From Candidatus Micrarchaeota archaeon (lineage in GTDB: Archaea > Micrarchaeota > Micrarchaeia > Anstonellales > Bilamarchaeaceae): a DNA stretch of 64,000 bases. The notes under the pieces are model-generated. The model searched no databases. It was not told the origin of the DNA and saw nothing but the letters and a program-made list of their open reading frames with translations. Shown here one piece after another: positions 10,571 through 19,870 of this stretch. The DNA is taken from NCBI GenBank assembly GCA_043827025.1, contig JBDRPL010000019.1, positions 24,273-88,272 on the forward strand, read 5' to 3'. The position numbers were made by a program, and so were the translations under genes. Numbering within the stretch: position 1 is the stretch's first letter; every line of letters begins with the position of its first letter.

Positions 10571-11809
10571 TTAAGACAAATGCCTTGTCTCGTCTCTTTT
10601 TGGCCCATATGAAAGAACAGTTATCTTCACTCCAGTTTCTTTTTCTATGAACTCCAAGTATTCTTTTGCAAGTTTGGGAACTTCCTTCTTCCAGTCTGGC
10701 TTGCCCCAGCCTTTGAATGTTTTGTAAATAGGTTTTGCTTTTGCTAAATCAACTGGCAAGTCCTTTGTTTTCTTACCATTTACTTCGTATTCTGTGCAAA
10801 CTTTAATTTCATCAAAACCATCAAGTACATCCATCTTTGTTACTACCAATTCAGTTAATCCATTTATCCTGCAGGCATATCTCACAACCACTAAATCTAA
10901 CCATCCGCATCTTCTTGGCCTTCCTGTTGTTGTGCCGAATTCATTGCCATTCTTTCTCAGCATTTCGCCATCCTTGTCATTTAATTCAGTTGGGAAAGGC
11001 CCTTCTCCGACCCTGGTAGTATATGCTTTCACAATTCCAATTACTTTGGTCAGCTTGTTTGGCGGAATTCCAGAGCCAGTGCATGCCGAACCGCTTACTA
11101 TATTTGATGAGGTGACAAAAGGATAGGTTCCATGATCCATATCAAGCATTGTTCCCTGCGCGCCTTCCAGCATCACGCTCTTGTGCCTTTCAATGGCATC
11201 ATTCAATAAAACCTGCGTATCGCAAACATAGGGTTTGATTCGTTTTGCAAACGTCTCGAGTTTGTCATAGATTTTGTCAGCATCCAATTCGACTTTTTGT
11301 CCATACGAGTTAAGTATCTGTTTCTTTATCTTCACAATAAAATTGACCTTTTCTTTCAATCCATCATATAAATCGTAAATTCGTATTGCAGTTACTCTTG
11401 TTGCCTTGTCAGCATAGGTCGGCCCTATTCCTCTTTTTGTCGTTCCAATCTTTCCAGCAGCCTCTATGCCATCAAGCATTAGGTGCCAATCAAGAATAAT
11501 GTGCGCCCTTTCGCTTATTCTGAGCTTCTCAAGTGAATATCCTGCCTTTTCAACCTCATCTATTTCTTTAAGCAGTGTTTCTGGATGAATAACAACTCCG
11601 TTTCCAATGACCTTGTATTTCTCAGGATAAAAAACAGCTGAAGGAATGAGATGAAGGCCGAATTTCGCTTCGCCAACCTTTATAGTATGGCCGGCATTGT
11701 TGCCCCCGTTGAACCTGACAATGTAATCATAATCTCTTGCGAACATATCGATTATTTTGCCCTTTCCTTCGTCTCCCCATTGTGTGCCGATGATAACTGA
11801 AACAGACAT
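10571..11809 (-). CDS. purA: Adenylosuccinate synthetase
   Basis: QWGDEGKGK, GGNNAGHT, GTTKRGIGP, EFGTTTGRPRRCGWLD. Confidence 0.97.
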   Translation of the reverse strand: MSVSVIIGTQWGDEGKGKIIDMFARDYDYIVRFNGGNNAGHTIKVGEAKFGLHLIPSAVFYPEKYKVIGNGVVIHPETLLKEIDEVEKAGYSLEKLRISERAHIILDWHLMLDGIEAAGKIGTTKRGIGPTYADKATRVTAIRIYDLYDGLKEKVNFIVKIKKQILNSYGQKVELDADKIYDKLETFAKRIKPYVCDTQVLLNDAIERHKSVMLEGAQGTMLDMDHGTYPFVTSSNIVSGSACTGSGIPPNKLTKVIGIVKAYTTRVGEGPFPTELNDKDGEMLRKNGNEFGTTTGRPRRCGWLDLVVVRYACRINGLTELVVTKMDVLDGFDEIKVCTEYEVNGKKTKDLPVDLAKAKPIYKTFKGWGKPDWKKEVPKLAKEYLEFIEKETGVKITVLSYGPKRDETRHLS

Positions 11810-11891
11810 GCTTTTGTATTAATTAGTTTCATTTTAAAATACTTGATGGAATTCGATTCCATCAATTCTGCCGGAAGTTCTCTGCTTGACG

Positions 11892-12581
11892 CTATTGCGG
11901 AACAATTTCCCTGAAAAATCCGCCAGATATTAATACGGATTCCCGGATAGGGATTATGTCTTTGCCCATTACTCTTGCGATTGCAATATACTTCCATCCA
12001 GGAACTTCCTCCCGGATCTTCAGGAAGTATTGCAGAACAAAATCAACCATTGGGACAACAATGTTTCCTTTTCCATCGCAAATATCATCCAATTCTATGT
12101 AAGGTATTGCGGCATAGCTGATTTCTCTTATGGCAGTGCATTTTTGACTCAGCATTAGATACTCCAACCTAATTCCTTTTCTTAGATTTTCTGTCATTCC
12201 TGCTAATGGGAATACCCTACAGTTATGAGGCTTGACTTCATGAACAAGACACGCTCTTTCTGAAAGCAGATAGCAGTCCCCATTGAAATTACTATACAAT
12301 CCCACGTCTTGGCCTCCTTGTGATATTGTAATTGCAGTATTGATGCCTCTTCCATATGTTAATTCTCTTCCATGCATTTTTTCTCTGATTTTTCGGCCTT
12401 CGCCGTCTTTGAGAGGTACGAATGAGTTCCGTATCCCCCAATTTCTGCAGCATTCTCCGCATGAAGTGCACTGCTTTTTTGCGAAAACCTCCCCGATTTT
12501 TTCCCTGGCATTCGCTGGCCTTTTTGGCAATTTGTTTACAACTATTCTCTGCTTCGGAAGTCTTTCGATTAGCGATGTCAT
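11892..12581 (-). CDS. YkgJ/CxxCxxCC cysteine-cluster protein
   Basis: CTSCGECC followed by C..L....C..H..KP..CR.FP. Confidence 0.7.
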   Translation of the reverse strand: MTSLIERLPKQRIVVNKLPKRPANAREKIGEVFAKKQCTSCGECCRNWGIRNSFVPLKDGEGRKIREKMHGRELTYGRGINTAITISQGGQDVGLYSNFNGDCYLLSERACLVHEVKPHNCRVFPLAGMTENLRKGIRLEYLMLSQKCTAIREISYAAIPYIELDDICDGKGNIVVPMVDFVLQYFLKIREEVPGWKYIAIARVMGKDIIPIRESVLISGGFFREIVPQ

Positions 12582-12619
12582 TTCAGAACTATTGTGTATA
12601 TAAATGTTTTTAAATGAGC

Positions 12620-13255
12620 TTATTTCTTAATTTCCTTTTTGTATTCCAGATAAGAGTAAACAATGATCCCTAGCGAAACCAGCAATATCGGCACTATGAT
12701 TATCCAGATTGCGTATTGCTTAGGTGCAAATATCCCCAACAGGGCAATCACTCCGCAAATCCTGAACAGTTTTCCGCCAAGTGCGTGCGTCTTATTCCAG
12801 ACATTTTCATTTGAAAGAGTCCATGGCGTCCTTATCCCTATGAACCAGTTCATCTTTGCCTTTTCCAAAAGCGTTCCTGTGTAATAGAATATTGCAGCTA
12901 TGCCTATGCCCATCGGATAACTGACGGGTATATCATATCCCATATTCGAGACGATGATGAACGATTCCATCATCAGCATGAAAAGAAGCATGATGCTTAT
13001 GAATGTGTCATACTCTTTTTCGAAACCCTTTGCGTTTTTGCGCATTGGGTCAAAGCCAGGCAAGTACTTCATAAGGGCATAAATCATCAGTGTGATCACA
13101 GGAAGCAAGAACAGTCCTAAGGGCTTGTCCATATGCCCGTTTGGATTTCCCTCGGCATCCCAATGGCTTATCACTTTGTCAGGAACCTGTCCGTAGAAAT
13201 ATATTGGTAATATGAACAACAGAAGAATTACTGCTAATTGGATGTATCGCATCAT
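12620..13255 (-). CDS. DUF1648/SdpI-family membrane protein
   Basis: P....HW...G.P.G and NWFIGIRTPWTLSNENVW.KTH, with multiple TM segments. Confidence 0.88.
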   Translation of the reverse strand: MMRYIQLAVILLLFILPIYFYGQVPDKVISHWDAEGNPNGHMDKPLGLFLLPVITLMIYALMKYLPGFDPMRKNAKGFEKEYDTFISIMLLFMLMMESFIIVSNMGYDIPVSYPMGIGIAAIFYYTGTLLEKAKMNWFIGIRTPWTLSNENVWNKTHALGGKLFRICGVIALLGIFAPKQYAIWIIIVPILLVSLGIIVYSYLEYKKEIKK

Positions 13256-13306
13256 GTATCATAAATAGAAAAAAGAATTAAAGAGGTTATGGGTTTTTGT
13301 TTTGAA

Positions 13307-14233
13307 TCAGATTCCAATCTCCTCTCCAGGAACCTTTGGAAACAACACCGCATCCCTTATGTGTGCCTTGCCTGTCAGATATCTAACGAGCCTTTCGACT
13401 CCGAATCCGCCACCTGCGGTTTTCTTGAGCAAACCTTTCTTTGCGATTTCAAGATATGGCCGGTAAGCATCAAGGCTTGTCTTTCTTTCCTTCATCTTTC
13501 TGACAATTACATCGTACTCTGTCTCTCGTTCAGCACCAGACATCGCCTCTCCGAAACCCTCAGGATAAACCAAATCATAGTTGATATGCTTCTTTGTTGT
13601 TGGATCTTCCCGATCGTAAAACTCACGATAATGATCTGTTATCCAGAAAGGCTCCTTCTCCATTTTTGAAACATGTGATTCAAAATCATCCCCGTATTTC
13701 TGCTTTAGTTCAACTGAATCATATACTTTGAATGGTTTTTCCAAGTCAGGGATTATTCTTCCAAGCCTCTTCAGTTCTTCAGCGCATTTTTTCTTCACGA
13801 ACTCGAATACGTATGCGTAAAGCCTTTCAGTGAACTTCCTGAACTCTTCTGAACTTGCGCCTCTGAGTTCAATATCTACCTGACTGAATTCAAGCAGATG
13901 CCTTCCGCTCTTTCCCCTTTCTTCTTTCTCAAGCCTGATGTTCGGAGAAATTATGTAGATTCCTTTGACATCAGACCTAATCATGGAAAGCTGTTTGTGC
14001 AATATCATGCTCTTCATCAACTCCAGCCTCTGGTCTCCATAATGAAGCGAGGCATCATAAACAGAGTGATTAAGGGGATCTGTGACTGTGGATAGCATCA
14101 CAGGCATCAATTGCGTCATTTTCTCTTTCCACATGAAATCGCTGATGGCTCTCAGCACTGCTGTTTGTATTGACATGATGTCTTTCATTTCCGGTTTCAT
14201 GAGTTTCTCTATTGTTTTTTCCATCTTTACCAA
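13307..14233 (-). CDS. asnA: Archaeal asparagine synthetase A (AsnRS paralog without anticodon domain)
   Basis: TDPL, SMILHKQ, SPNIRLE, GRHLLEFSQVD, GGGFGVERL. About 308 aa with no OB domain. Confidence 0.9.
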   Translation of the reverse strand: MVKMEKTIEKLMKPEMKDIMSIQTAVLRAISDFMWKEKMTQLMPVMLSTVTDPLNHSVYDASLHYGDQRLELMKSMILHKQLSMIRSDVKGIYIISPNIRLEKEERGKSGRHLLEFSQVDIELRGASSEEFRKFTERLYAYVFEFVKKKCAEELKRLGRIIPDLEKPFKVYDSVELKQKYGDDFESHVSKMEKEPFWITDHYREFYDREDPTTKKHINYDLVYPEGFGEAMSGAERETEYDVIVRKMKERKTSLDAYRPYLEIAKKGLLKKTAGGGFGVERLVRYLTGKAHIRDAVLFPKVPGEEIGI

Positions 14234-14274
14234 TCCTCTGTTTTATTCATTGCATTTGACGTGGTATAAATACA

Positions 14275-14306
14275 TTTTGCCAAAATTATGGCAAAAACTG
14301 CCAAAA
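14275..14306. promoter_or_regulatory. Putative Lrp/AsnC operator between divergent promoters
   Basis: Inverted repeat TTTTGCCA-N6-TGGCAAAA (14275-14296) plus a half site TGCCAAAA (14299-14306), lying between TATA-like boxes at ~14265 and ~14316. Confidence 0.6.
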
Positions 14307-14346
14307 ATGCATTAATTTATAAAGAGTTTGGAACATATGTTCCATA

Positions 14347-14799
14347 GTGAACTACAGCCTCGATGAAAAAGACCAGTTGATTCTGGATACGCTGAAGGAG
14401 CGTAGCGATTCAACAACCCGCCAAATCGCAAAGAAAACGCTCCTTCCTCCTACCACCATTCATAATCGTATAAGGAAGCTCAAGGAAGCAGGAATAATCA
14501 AACGATTTACTATTGAGATTGACGAGAACAAGGCTGGAAACAAAGTTTTGGCCTATGTCCTGGTCTCAGCAGATCTTAAGCTACTCAAGGAAAAGAAGAA
14601 GACGCAATATGATCTTGCAAATGACATAAGGAAGTTTGGATTCGTGAGGCGAGTTGATATTGTTGCAGGAGTGACGGATCTTGTTGCTATGGTTAGGGTA
14701 AAGGACATGGAAGAATTCGATAAAATGTTATTAGGAAAGTTACAGCTCATTGAAGGAGTGGACAAGACGCAGACAATGATTGTGATACATGAGAAATAA
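14347..14799 (+). CDS. Lrp/AsnC family transcriptional regulator
   Basis: N-terminal HTH (LDEKD..IL..L...RIRKL...GII) and a C-terminal RAM domain. Divergent from asnA. Confidence 0.93.
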   Translation: MNYSLDEKDQLILDTLKERSDSTTRQIAKKTLLPPTTIHNRIRKLKEAGIIKRFTIEIDENKAGNKVLAYVLVSADLKLLKEKKKTQYDLANDIRKFGFVRRVDIVAGVTDLVAMVRVKDMEEFDKMLLGKLQLIEGVDKTQTMIVIHEK

Positions 14800-14932
14800 A
14801 AAAACATCCTCCATTAGTTCGAACTGCACTTCGTTTCATTCAAGGATGTCGTTTTTTGTAAAATAAAAAAATCGCCATGGCAAGAACGCATTCGTTCTTG
14901 ACTGTCGAAATTTTTTTTAAGAAAAAAAATTT

Positions 14933-15058
14933 CGCCAAGGACCGGATTTGAACCAGTAATTCCTTGCGGAACTAGATTTCAAGTCTAGCGCACTACCGGG
15001 TTGCATGCTCTGCGTGCAATTTTGAACGCGCACGTTCAAAGCTTTATGCGACCTTGGC
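14933..15058 (-). tRNA. tRNA-Ser(TGA) with a 43-nt D-loop intron (15/16)
   Basis: Acceptor GCCAAGG/CCTTGGC+G, anticodon arm CTAGA-CT-TGA-AA-TCTAG, long variable arm TTCC-GCAA-GGAA, T arm ACTGG-TTCAAAT-CCGGT. 83 nt after removing 15001-15043. CCA is not encoded. Confidence 0.92.
15001..15043 (-). other. tRNA-Ser intron (BHB type) at 15/16
   Basis: Central helix GCAT/ATGC, 3-nt bulges AA|A and AA|C, intron helix GCTTTG/CAGAGC. Confidence 0.8.
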
Positions 15059-15178
15059 GAATGAATATGAGCCATGGTTATTTACCGAGAAGGTAAATTC
15101 ACCCTTGGCAACGAACGTGAGTGAGTCTCAAAATTACTATTGTTCTGGCAAACGTTTTTATTGTTTCCTTCTGAGAAT

Positions 15179-16105
15179 ATGTTTATGAATTCTGTAAATA
15201 TGAACAAAGATAGCAAGTTTATCGACAATATGTCTTCGATATACGGGCGTTTTTTCACTGTGAAGAGAGTTATCGCAAAGAAAAAAACAAAATATCAGGA
15301 ACTTGAACTAATAGATACTCCTGCATACGGGAAGATGATGATTCTTGACGGCAAACCGCAGATCGCAGAGTATGGCGATTATTTTTATCACGAGCCTTTG
15401 GCCCAGCTACCTATGTTTTGTGCAAAAGATCCCAAGAGAGTTTTGATTATAGGTGGCGGGGATGGCGGTTCTCCAAGAGAGGTCCTGAAGCACAATGTGA
15501 AGCAAGTAGACATGGTTGAACTTGACGAGGATGTCATAAAATTCGCTAAAGAGTACCTTAGGTTCGTCTGTAAGGATTCCTATGAAGATAAGAGGTTGAA
15601 TCTGCATATTGGAGATGGAAGGGCATTCGTAGAAGCGCAATTGAAGAAAGGTGAAAAATACGACGTAATCATTTCTGACCTCACTGATCCTTTCGGACCT
15701 TCGAAAATGCTTTATACCAAGGAATTCTACACCATGGTGAAGAAATTGCTTAATAAAGGCGGCGTATTCTCAACACATTGTGAATTTCCATTAATGTTTA
15801 AAGATGCGTTTCCGACAGTAACCACTACTCTGAATTCTGTGTTTCCACATGCTGTTTTTTCATATGTATTCGTTCCGGCATATGGCGACCTTATGGTTTT
15901 TGGCTCGTTTTCCGCAGAAAAGATAGATGAGGTTGCGGTCAGGTCGAATGTCCTGAAAAAGCAAAAATCCCTTGACCTGAAGATGCTGGGCACTATGGCG
16001 ATGGGATTCCCTCGATTTTTGGAACCTTTGATGAAGTATGGGAAAGTGTCGACCGATGCGGACCCATATGAGATTGATGAATCTCAGACAGGTGTTCAAT
16101 ACTAA
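15179..16105 (+). CDS. speE: Polyamine aminopropyltransferase (spermidine synthase)
   Basis: KYQ, LDG, YHEPL, VLIIGGGDGG, VELD, DVIISDLTDP. Start uncertain (15179-15200). Confidence 0.92.
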   Translation: MFMNSVNMNKDSKFIDNMSSIYGRFFTVKRVIAKKKTKYQELELIDTPAYGKMMILDGKPQIAEYGDYFYHEPLAQLPMFCAKDPKRVLIIGGGDGGSPREVLKHNVKQVDMVELDEDVIKFAKEYLRFVCKDSYEDKRLNLHIGDGRAFVEAQLKKGEKYDVIISDLTDPFGPSKMLYTKEFYTMVKKLLNKGGVFSTHCEFPLMFKDAFPTVTTTLNSVFPHAVFSYVFVPAYGDLMVFGSFSAEKIDEVAVRSNVLKKQKSLDLKMLGTMAMGFPRFLEPLMKYGKVSTDADPYEIDESQTGVQY

Positions 16106-16107
16106 AC

Positions 16108-16560
16108 TCATACTTCAAAATAAGTCTTAAATTTCTCAGTCAGTGTGAGTTTCGAAGTTCTTCCTTCTTTTCTTTGCCTTATGAATCCGTTTTCTACAAG
16201 TTCCCGTACATCATCATAAATCTGCGGACCTATTTTTTTGACCAGGTCGGACTTGAGCATTTCATTGTGTTTTGAAAGATATGCAAGGGTCCTCAATGCA
16301 TTTTTGCTTATCTCTGTTTCTTTGGCGAATTGTTTCACCTTTTCAATGTGTTCCCCCTTTATTTTCATCACGTATTTTCCATCTACCTCTGAGATTTCTA
16401 TGGCACTTCCTCTTTCTTCATAGTCTTTCTTGAGTTCCTGGATGGCGTTCTGCAGGTATCCTACTGCGCCTATGCCTGTGAGTGTCTTGAATTCCTCGAC
16501 CCCCATGGCCCTTGAGCTTAGGAAAAGGGCAGCCTCTATCATTTTTTTTTCATCGCTCAT
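16108..16560 (-). CDS. scpB: SMC-Scp complex subunit ScpB
   Basis: IEAALF, ALRTLAY, LVENGFI and T.KF..YF in two winged helices. Confidence 0.88.
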   Translation of the reverse strand: MSDEKKMIEAALFLSSRAMGVEEFKTLTGIGAVGYLQNAIQELKKDYEERGSAIEISEVDGKYVMKIKGEHIEKVKQFAKETEISKNALRTLAYLSKHNEMLKSDLVKKIGPQIYDDVRELVENGFIRQRKEGRTSKLTLTEKFKTYFEV

Positions 16561-17078
16561 TTTTTTAACCCCAAATATGTTATGAGTTCTCCAGTGTGGT
16601 TTACTTCGTCAATATTCTTTTTGTCAACAAGTGCTTTTAATATCTTCCCAATGGTTTTTTTCACGTTTCTTTTTGAAGTGTCAATCTCGACTATGCAATT
16701 ATATTTCTGTGTACTGTTTATGGAACAATAATCAAGAAGTTCGGCCATGGCATTTTCCTCGATTTTCTTTTTTGAATAGCCTCTTTTCTTCAACCTTTTT
16801 CGGAGCTCCTTGATTTTGGTTCTCAAGACAAACACTATGTCAAGGCTTATCCTTACTTCGCAGAGCAGGTGCCCTTCTATGACGAAATCCTTCTTTTTGG
16901 CAACTTCTTTTTTGATTTCTTTTTCAAGTTTTTTTGTATCCACTTCTATCCCGGAAACAAGTTTCTTTTTTCTGGCAAGTTTTTTTATGTCAATTAGTTC
17001 ACATCCAAGTTTAGTAGCCAGTAATTTCGCAAGCGTTGTTTTTCCGCATCCAGGAGTCCCAGCAATCCCAATCTTCAA
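16557..17078 (-). CDS. Adenylate kinase, AK6/Fap7 family
   Basis: GTPGCGKTT, IEGHL, RLKKRGY...KIEEN..AE. Confidence 0.85.
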   Translation of the reverse strand: MKIGIAGTPGCGKTTLAKLLATKLGCELIDIKKLARKKKLVSGIEVDTKKLEKEIKKEVAKKKDFVIEGHLLCEVRISLDIVFVLRTKIKELRKRLKKRGYSKKKIEENAMAELLDYCSINSTQKYNCIVEIDTSKRNVKKTIGKILKALVDKKNIDEVNHTGELITYLGLKK

Positions 17079-17091
17079 TCAATCGACCTTT

Positions 17092-17415
17092 TCAGAGCTT
17101 TTTTGCCAATGCTGCAAGATATTTCTTTGCAAGGTTCAGGGTTTCCTGGCCTTTTGCAGTCATCTTGTAGTATTTTCTTCTTTCTTTGAATGTTGATTCT
17201 ATTATTTTTTCGCCTTCAAGTTTGTAAAGCACAAGGTATATCATAACTCTGCCAGGTTTGAAGCCGAATTTCAATTCGATATCAGTTACAAGTGAATATG
17301 CATAAACTTCTTTTTTTGATTTTATGAGCGAAAGGATGTAAAGCCATATATTTCCCACTGTAAGTGCCTGCCTCAGCCGTTTGGCAGGCAGGGCATCTTG
17401 GCGATTCATTTTCAT
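17092..17415 (-). CDS. PadR family transcriptional regulator
   Basis: LYILSL, YAY, IYLVLYKLE, RRKYYKMT.KG. ATG 17415 overlaps the upstream stop (ATGA). Confidence 0.85.
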   Translation of the reverse strand: MKMNRQDALPAKRLRQALTVGNIWLYILSLIKSKKEVYAYSLVTDIELKFGFKPGRVMIYLVLYKLEGEKIIESTFKERRKYYKMTAKGQETLNLAKKYLAALAKKL

Positions 17416-18650
17416 CCTTCCTGCGATTGTTTCGTATAATATACGCACATATCTCGTTCAGCAAATGTTTCTATTTTGTTGCATATGCTTGGATCTTTTT
17501 GAGTTCTTGCTACAGATGTGTAACATTGGTTTCTCCAGTCATCTGCTGCAACTCCGTCACAATCGCTGACTTCTTTGACGTCCTGTCGTATTATCGTAGC
17601 TTCATAGCACTGTATTTTGTGAGGTACACTCGCAAGGTTTTCGCAGATTTCAGGTTTTGTGTACTTTTTCGCTACGTCGAAATAGCAGTTATTCCTTGAA
17701 ATCTGGGCATAGGTTTGGTCTATCAGATTGCAGCCTTCAATGTTGTTTGTTTCAAGTGCATAATTCGCATAGCAATTCCATCTCCTGTTTTCATCTATAT
17801 CTATATTTGCGCATATTTTTGGGTTATTATCATTCACTGCAAAATAATAGTAGCAGTCGTATGCAAATTGGTTGCCTGGCGCGCTTATCTTTCCGCATAG
17901 GTAATTCTCATTTGTTTTTGTTGCATACATCTGATAACAATAATCTCTTTTTGAAACAGTAGTAATCTCTTTGCAGACGTCTTTGTCTTCTACTATGCTT
18001 TTGCATGCGCCAACTTTGCTTGCATCCTCCATCTCATCGCATGCTTCTGATGATTTGTATTTTGATATATATTCAAAAATGCAATCTTCGTTTCCTTCGC
18101 AGTAGCGATAATCTTTTTTATCGAGCGCCATGCACGTATTTTTCGGTTCGGCTTCTCCATAAAAGCAGGGATCTATGGATAATATACACTCCCTTCTATC
18201 TCCGTTTTCTAGGTTATTGCATGGTTCTATGGACGAGCCTTCCTTGGCAAGCTTGTATATGCAGCTCTTTTTCACTTCATACTCAGAAACAAGTGCGCAT
18301 GCTTCCAATACTTTTCCAGAAAGTGCCTTGTAGCAGATTTCTTTATTCGTATCGTTGAGCCTGCTGCATTCTTCTACGTCGCTCTGTGCTATTGCATTTT
18401 GCAATTTGCAGACTTCATCGCAGAAATATGTAGTATCCCTTTCGTTTATTATTATAGTCACATTTTCTACTCCATTGCCGTTTTTCGAGCCGTTTGGTAT
18501 GATCAGGAATGCTATGGCTATGGACATTACAGCTATGGCGCAGATTATTGCAATTGCCATCCAAGGTGATTTTTTTTCCTTCGTAGGAGGTATTGATGCG
18601 TGTCCAGTATCCTTCTTATGCTGCCTTGGGATGTATCCTTTATCGTCCAT
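17412..18650 (-). CDS. Membrane-anchored Cys-rich repeat surface protein
   Basis: N-terminal TM helix, then about 12 repeats of C..I......R..CY...A. Confidence 0.8.
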   Translation of the reverse strand: MDDKGYIPRQHKKDTGHASIPPTKEKKSPWMAIAIICAIAVMSIAIAFLIIPNGSKNGNGVENVTIIINERDTTYFCDEVCKLQNAIAQSDVEECSRLNDTNKEICYKALSGKVLEACALVSEYEVKKSCIYKLAKEGSSIEPCNNLENGDRRECILSIDPCFYGEAEPKNTCMALDKKDYRYCEGNEDCIFEYISKYKSSEACDEMEDASKVGACKSIVEDKDVCKEITTVSKRDYCYQMYATKTNENYLCGKISAPGNQFAYDCYYYFAVNDNNPKICANIDIDENRRWNCYANYALETNNIEGCNLIDQTYAQISRNNCYFDVAKKYTKPEICENLASVPHKIQCYEATIIRQDVKEVSDCDGVAADDWRNQCYTSVARTQKDPSICNKIETFAERDMCVYYTKQSQEG

Positions 18651-18893
18651 GGGCTACCTAACTAAGTTAAAATTTATATATTCAACCGTCCGAAACATCC
18701 GGATATCATGTTTGTTTTTACACTTTTGTGTTTATGTGATTCACTCGGAAAAAGTTTGGTATTTAAACAGTGGTGGTGTAGTCTATTTCCTTTTGAAAAA
18801 AAGTAGAGGTGGGGGGTGAGATGGAGCCTTTGGGTGTACCATCTTGCCTCAAAAAGCTTTTTGTGTCATTGAATTTTTTGGTGATTTCTGTTT

Positions 18894-19778
18894 TTATTCC
18901 AGGTGCTGAATTATAGCAGTTCCAGGCGCAAGTTGTATAAGCTGGGCTATATGATCCCGCCCTGAGCCTAAAAGCATGCCCTGCCAGATGATCTGCGGAG
19001 TAGACACATATTCTTTTATAAGATTAAGATATGCCTGTGCATGTCGGTCAAAATCCACATTAGCCACTCCTTTTGCAAGGATTTCCTGGATCGTATCAAG
19101 GATAGGGTGCTGGAATTCCGTTGCTTCTACGATTACGTCACAATTCCTTTCCCTGAGCATATGGGCCAAAGCTACTTGCATCGAATCCCTAACCACAATC
19201 CCGAACCCATCTTCAGGAACTGTATTAATTATATATTCTGCACTGAGCGCAGACCTGACCATGCTTGCTTCACAATAATTAAGAACTACAAGCATTGCGT
19301 AATATACTGATTCTGGAGATGAAGGCGATTTGAGAAGGAGTTGTGTGGCATTCCCCATCTCATCTTCCAATTCAAAACTTCTTGCATCGTGCGGTTCGCC
19401 AATAATCTGTATTCTTCCTGGATTTTCTTCATTTACAGTGTGAACTAGGTTTCCGCATCCATATGGGATATTTTGCGAATGAGGGTTGTTTGAGATGAGC
19501 GTTCTTTCCAGTTGTGAGGCTTCTGATTCTGTGACAAACCTTAATTTCTCTTCAAGTGTAAGATTTCTCCAGGACATATCCCTTTCTGTTCCGTGTTGCC
19601 ACATGGCACCTATACGTGTTAATTCCAATCGGGCAAGGGGTGGTTTTTCAATAAATAATCCGAAATTGCCCTGCATTTCCCTAACCGTTGCCTCTAGTTG
19701 TTTCCTTACAAATCCAGATTCTTGTGTTACATATTCTCTTGCGAATACCAGTTTTATCGTTCTTGTCATTATCATCAC
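18894..19778 (-). CDS. Hypothetical protein
   Basis: 294-aa ORF filling the gap. Weak resemblance to the TraB/ChaN/EreA motif order (IE, GEPHD, RD, H). Confidence 0.6.
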   Translation of the reverse strand: MMIMTRTIKLVFAREYVTQESGFVRKQLEATVREMQGNFGLFIEKPPLARLELTRIGAMWQHGTERDMSWRNLTLEEKLRFVTESEASQLERTLISNNPHSQNIPYGCGNLVHTVNEENPGRIQIIGEPHDARSFELEDEMGNATQLLLKSPSSPESVYYAMLVVLNYCEASMVRSALSAEYIINTVPEDGFGIVVRDSMQVALAHMLRERNCDVIVEATEFQHPILDTIQEILAKGVANVDFDRHAQAYLNLIKEYVSTPQIIWQGMLLGSGRDHIAQLIQLAPGTAIIQHLE

Positions 19779-19870
19779 TTGTGGTAGAACCTAGAAACAT
19801 ATCGAAAGATTCATAAGGTTACTTAATCTGAAGGATAGGTTTAAAAACTAATTTGTGTAAGAGAGTTATG

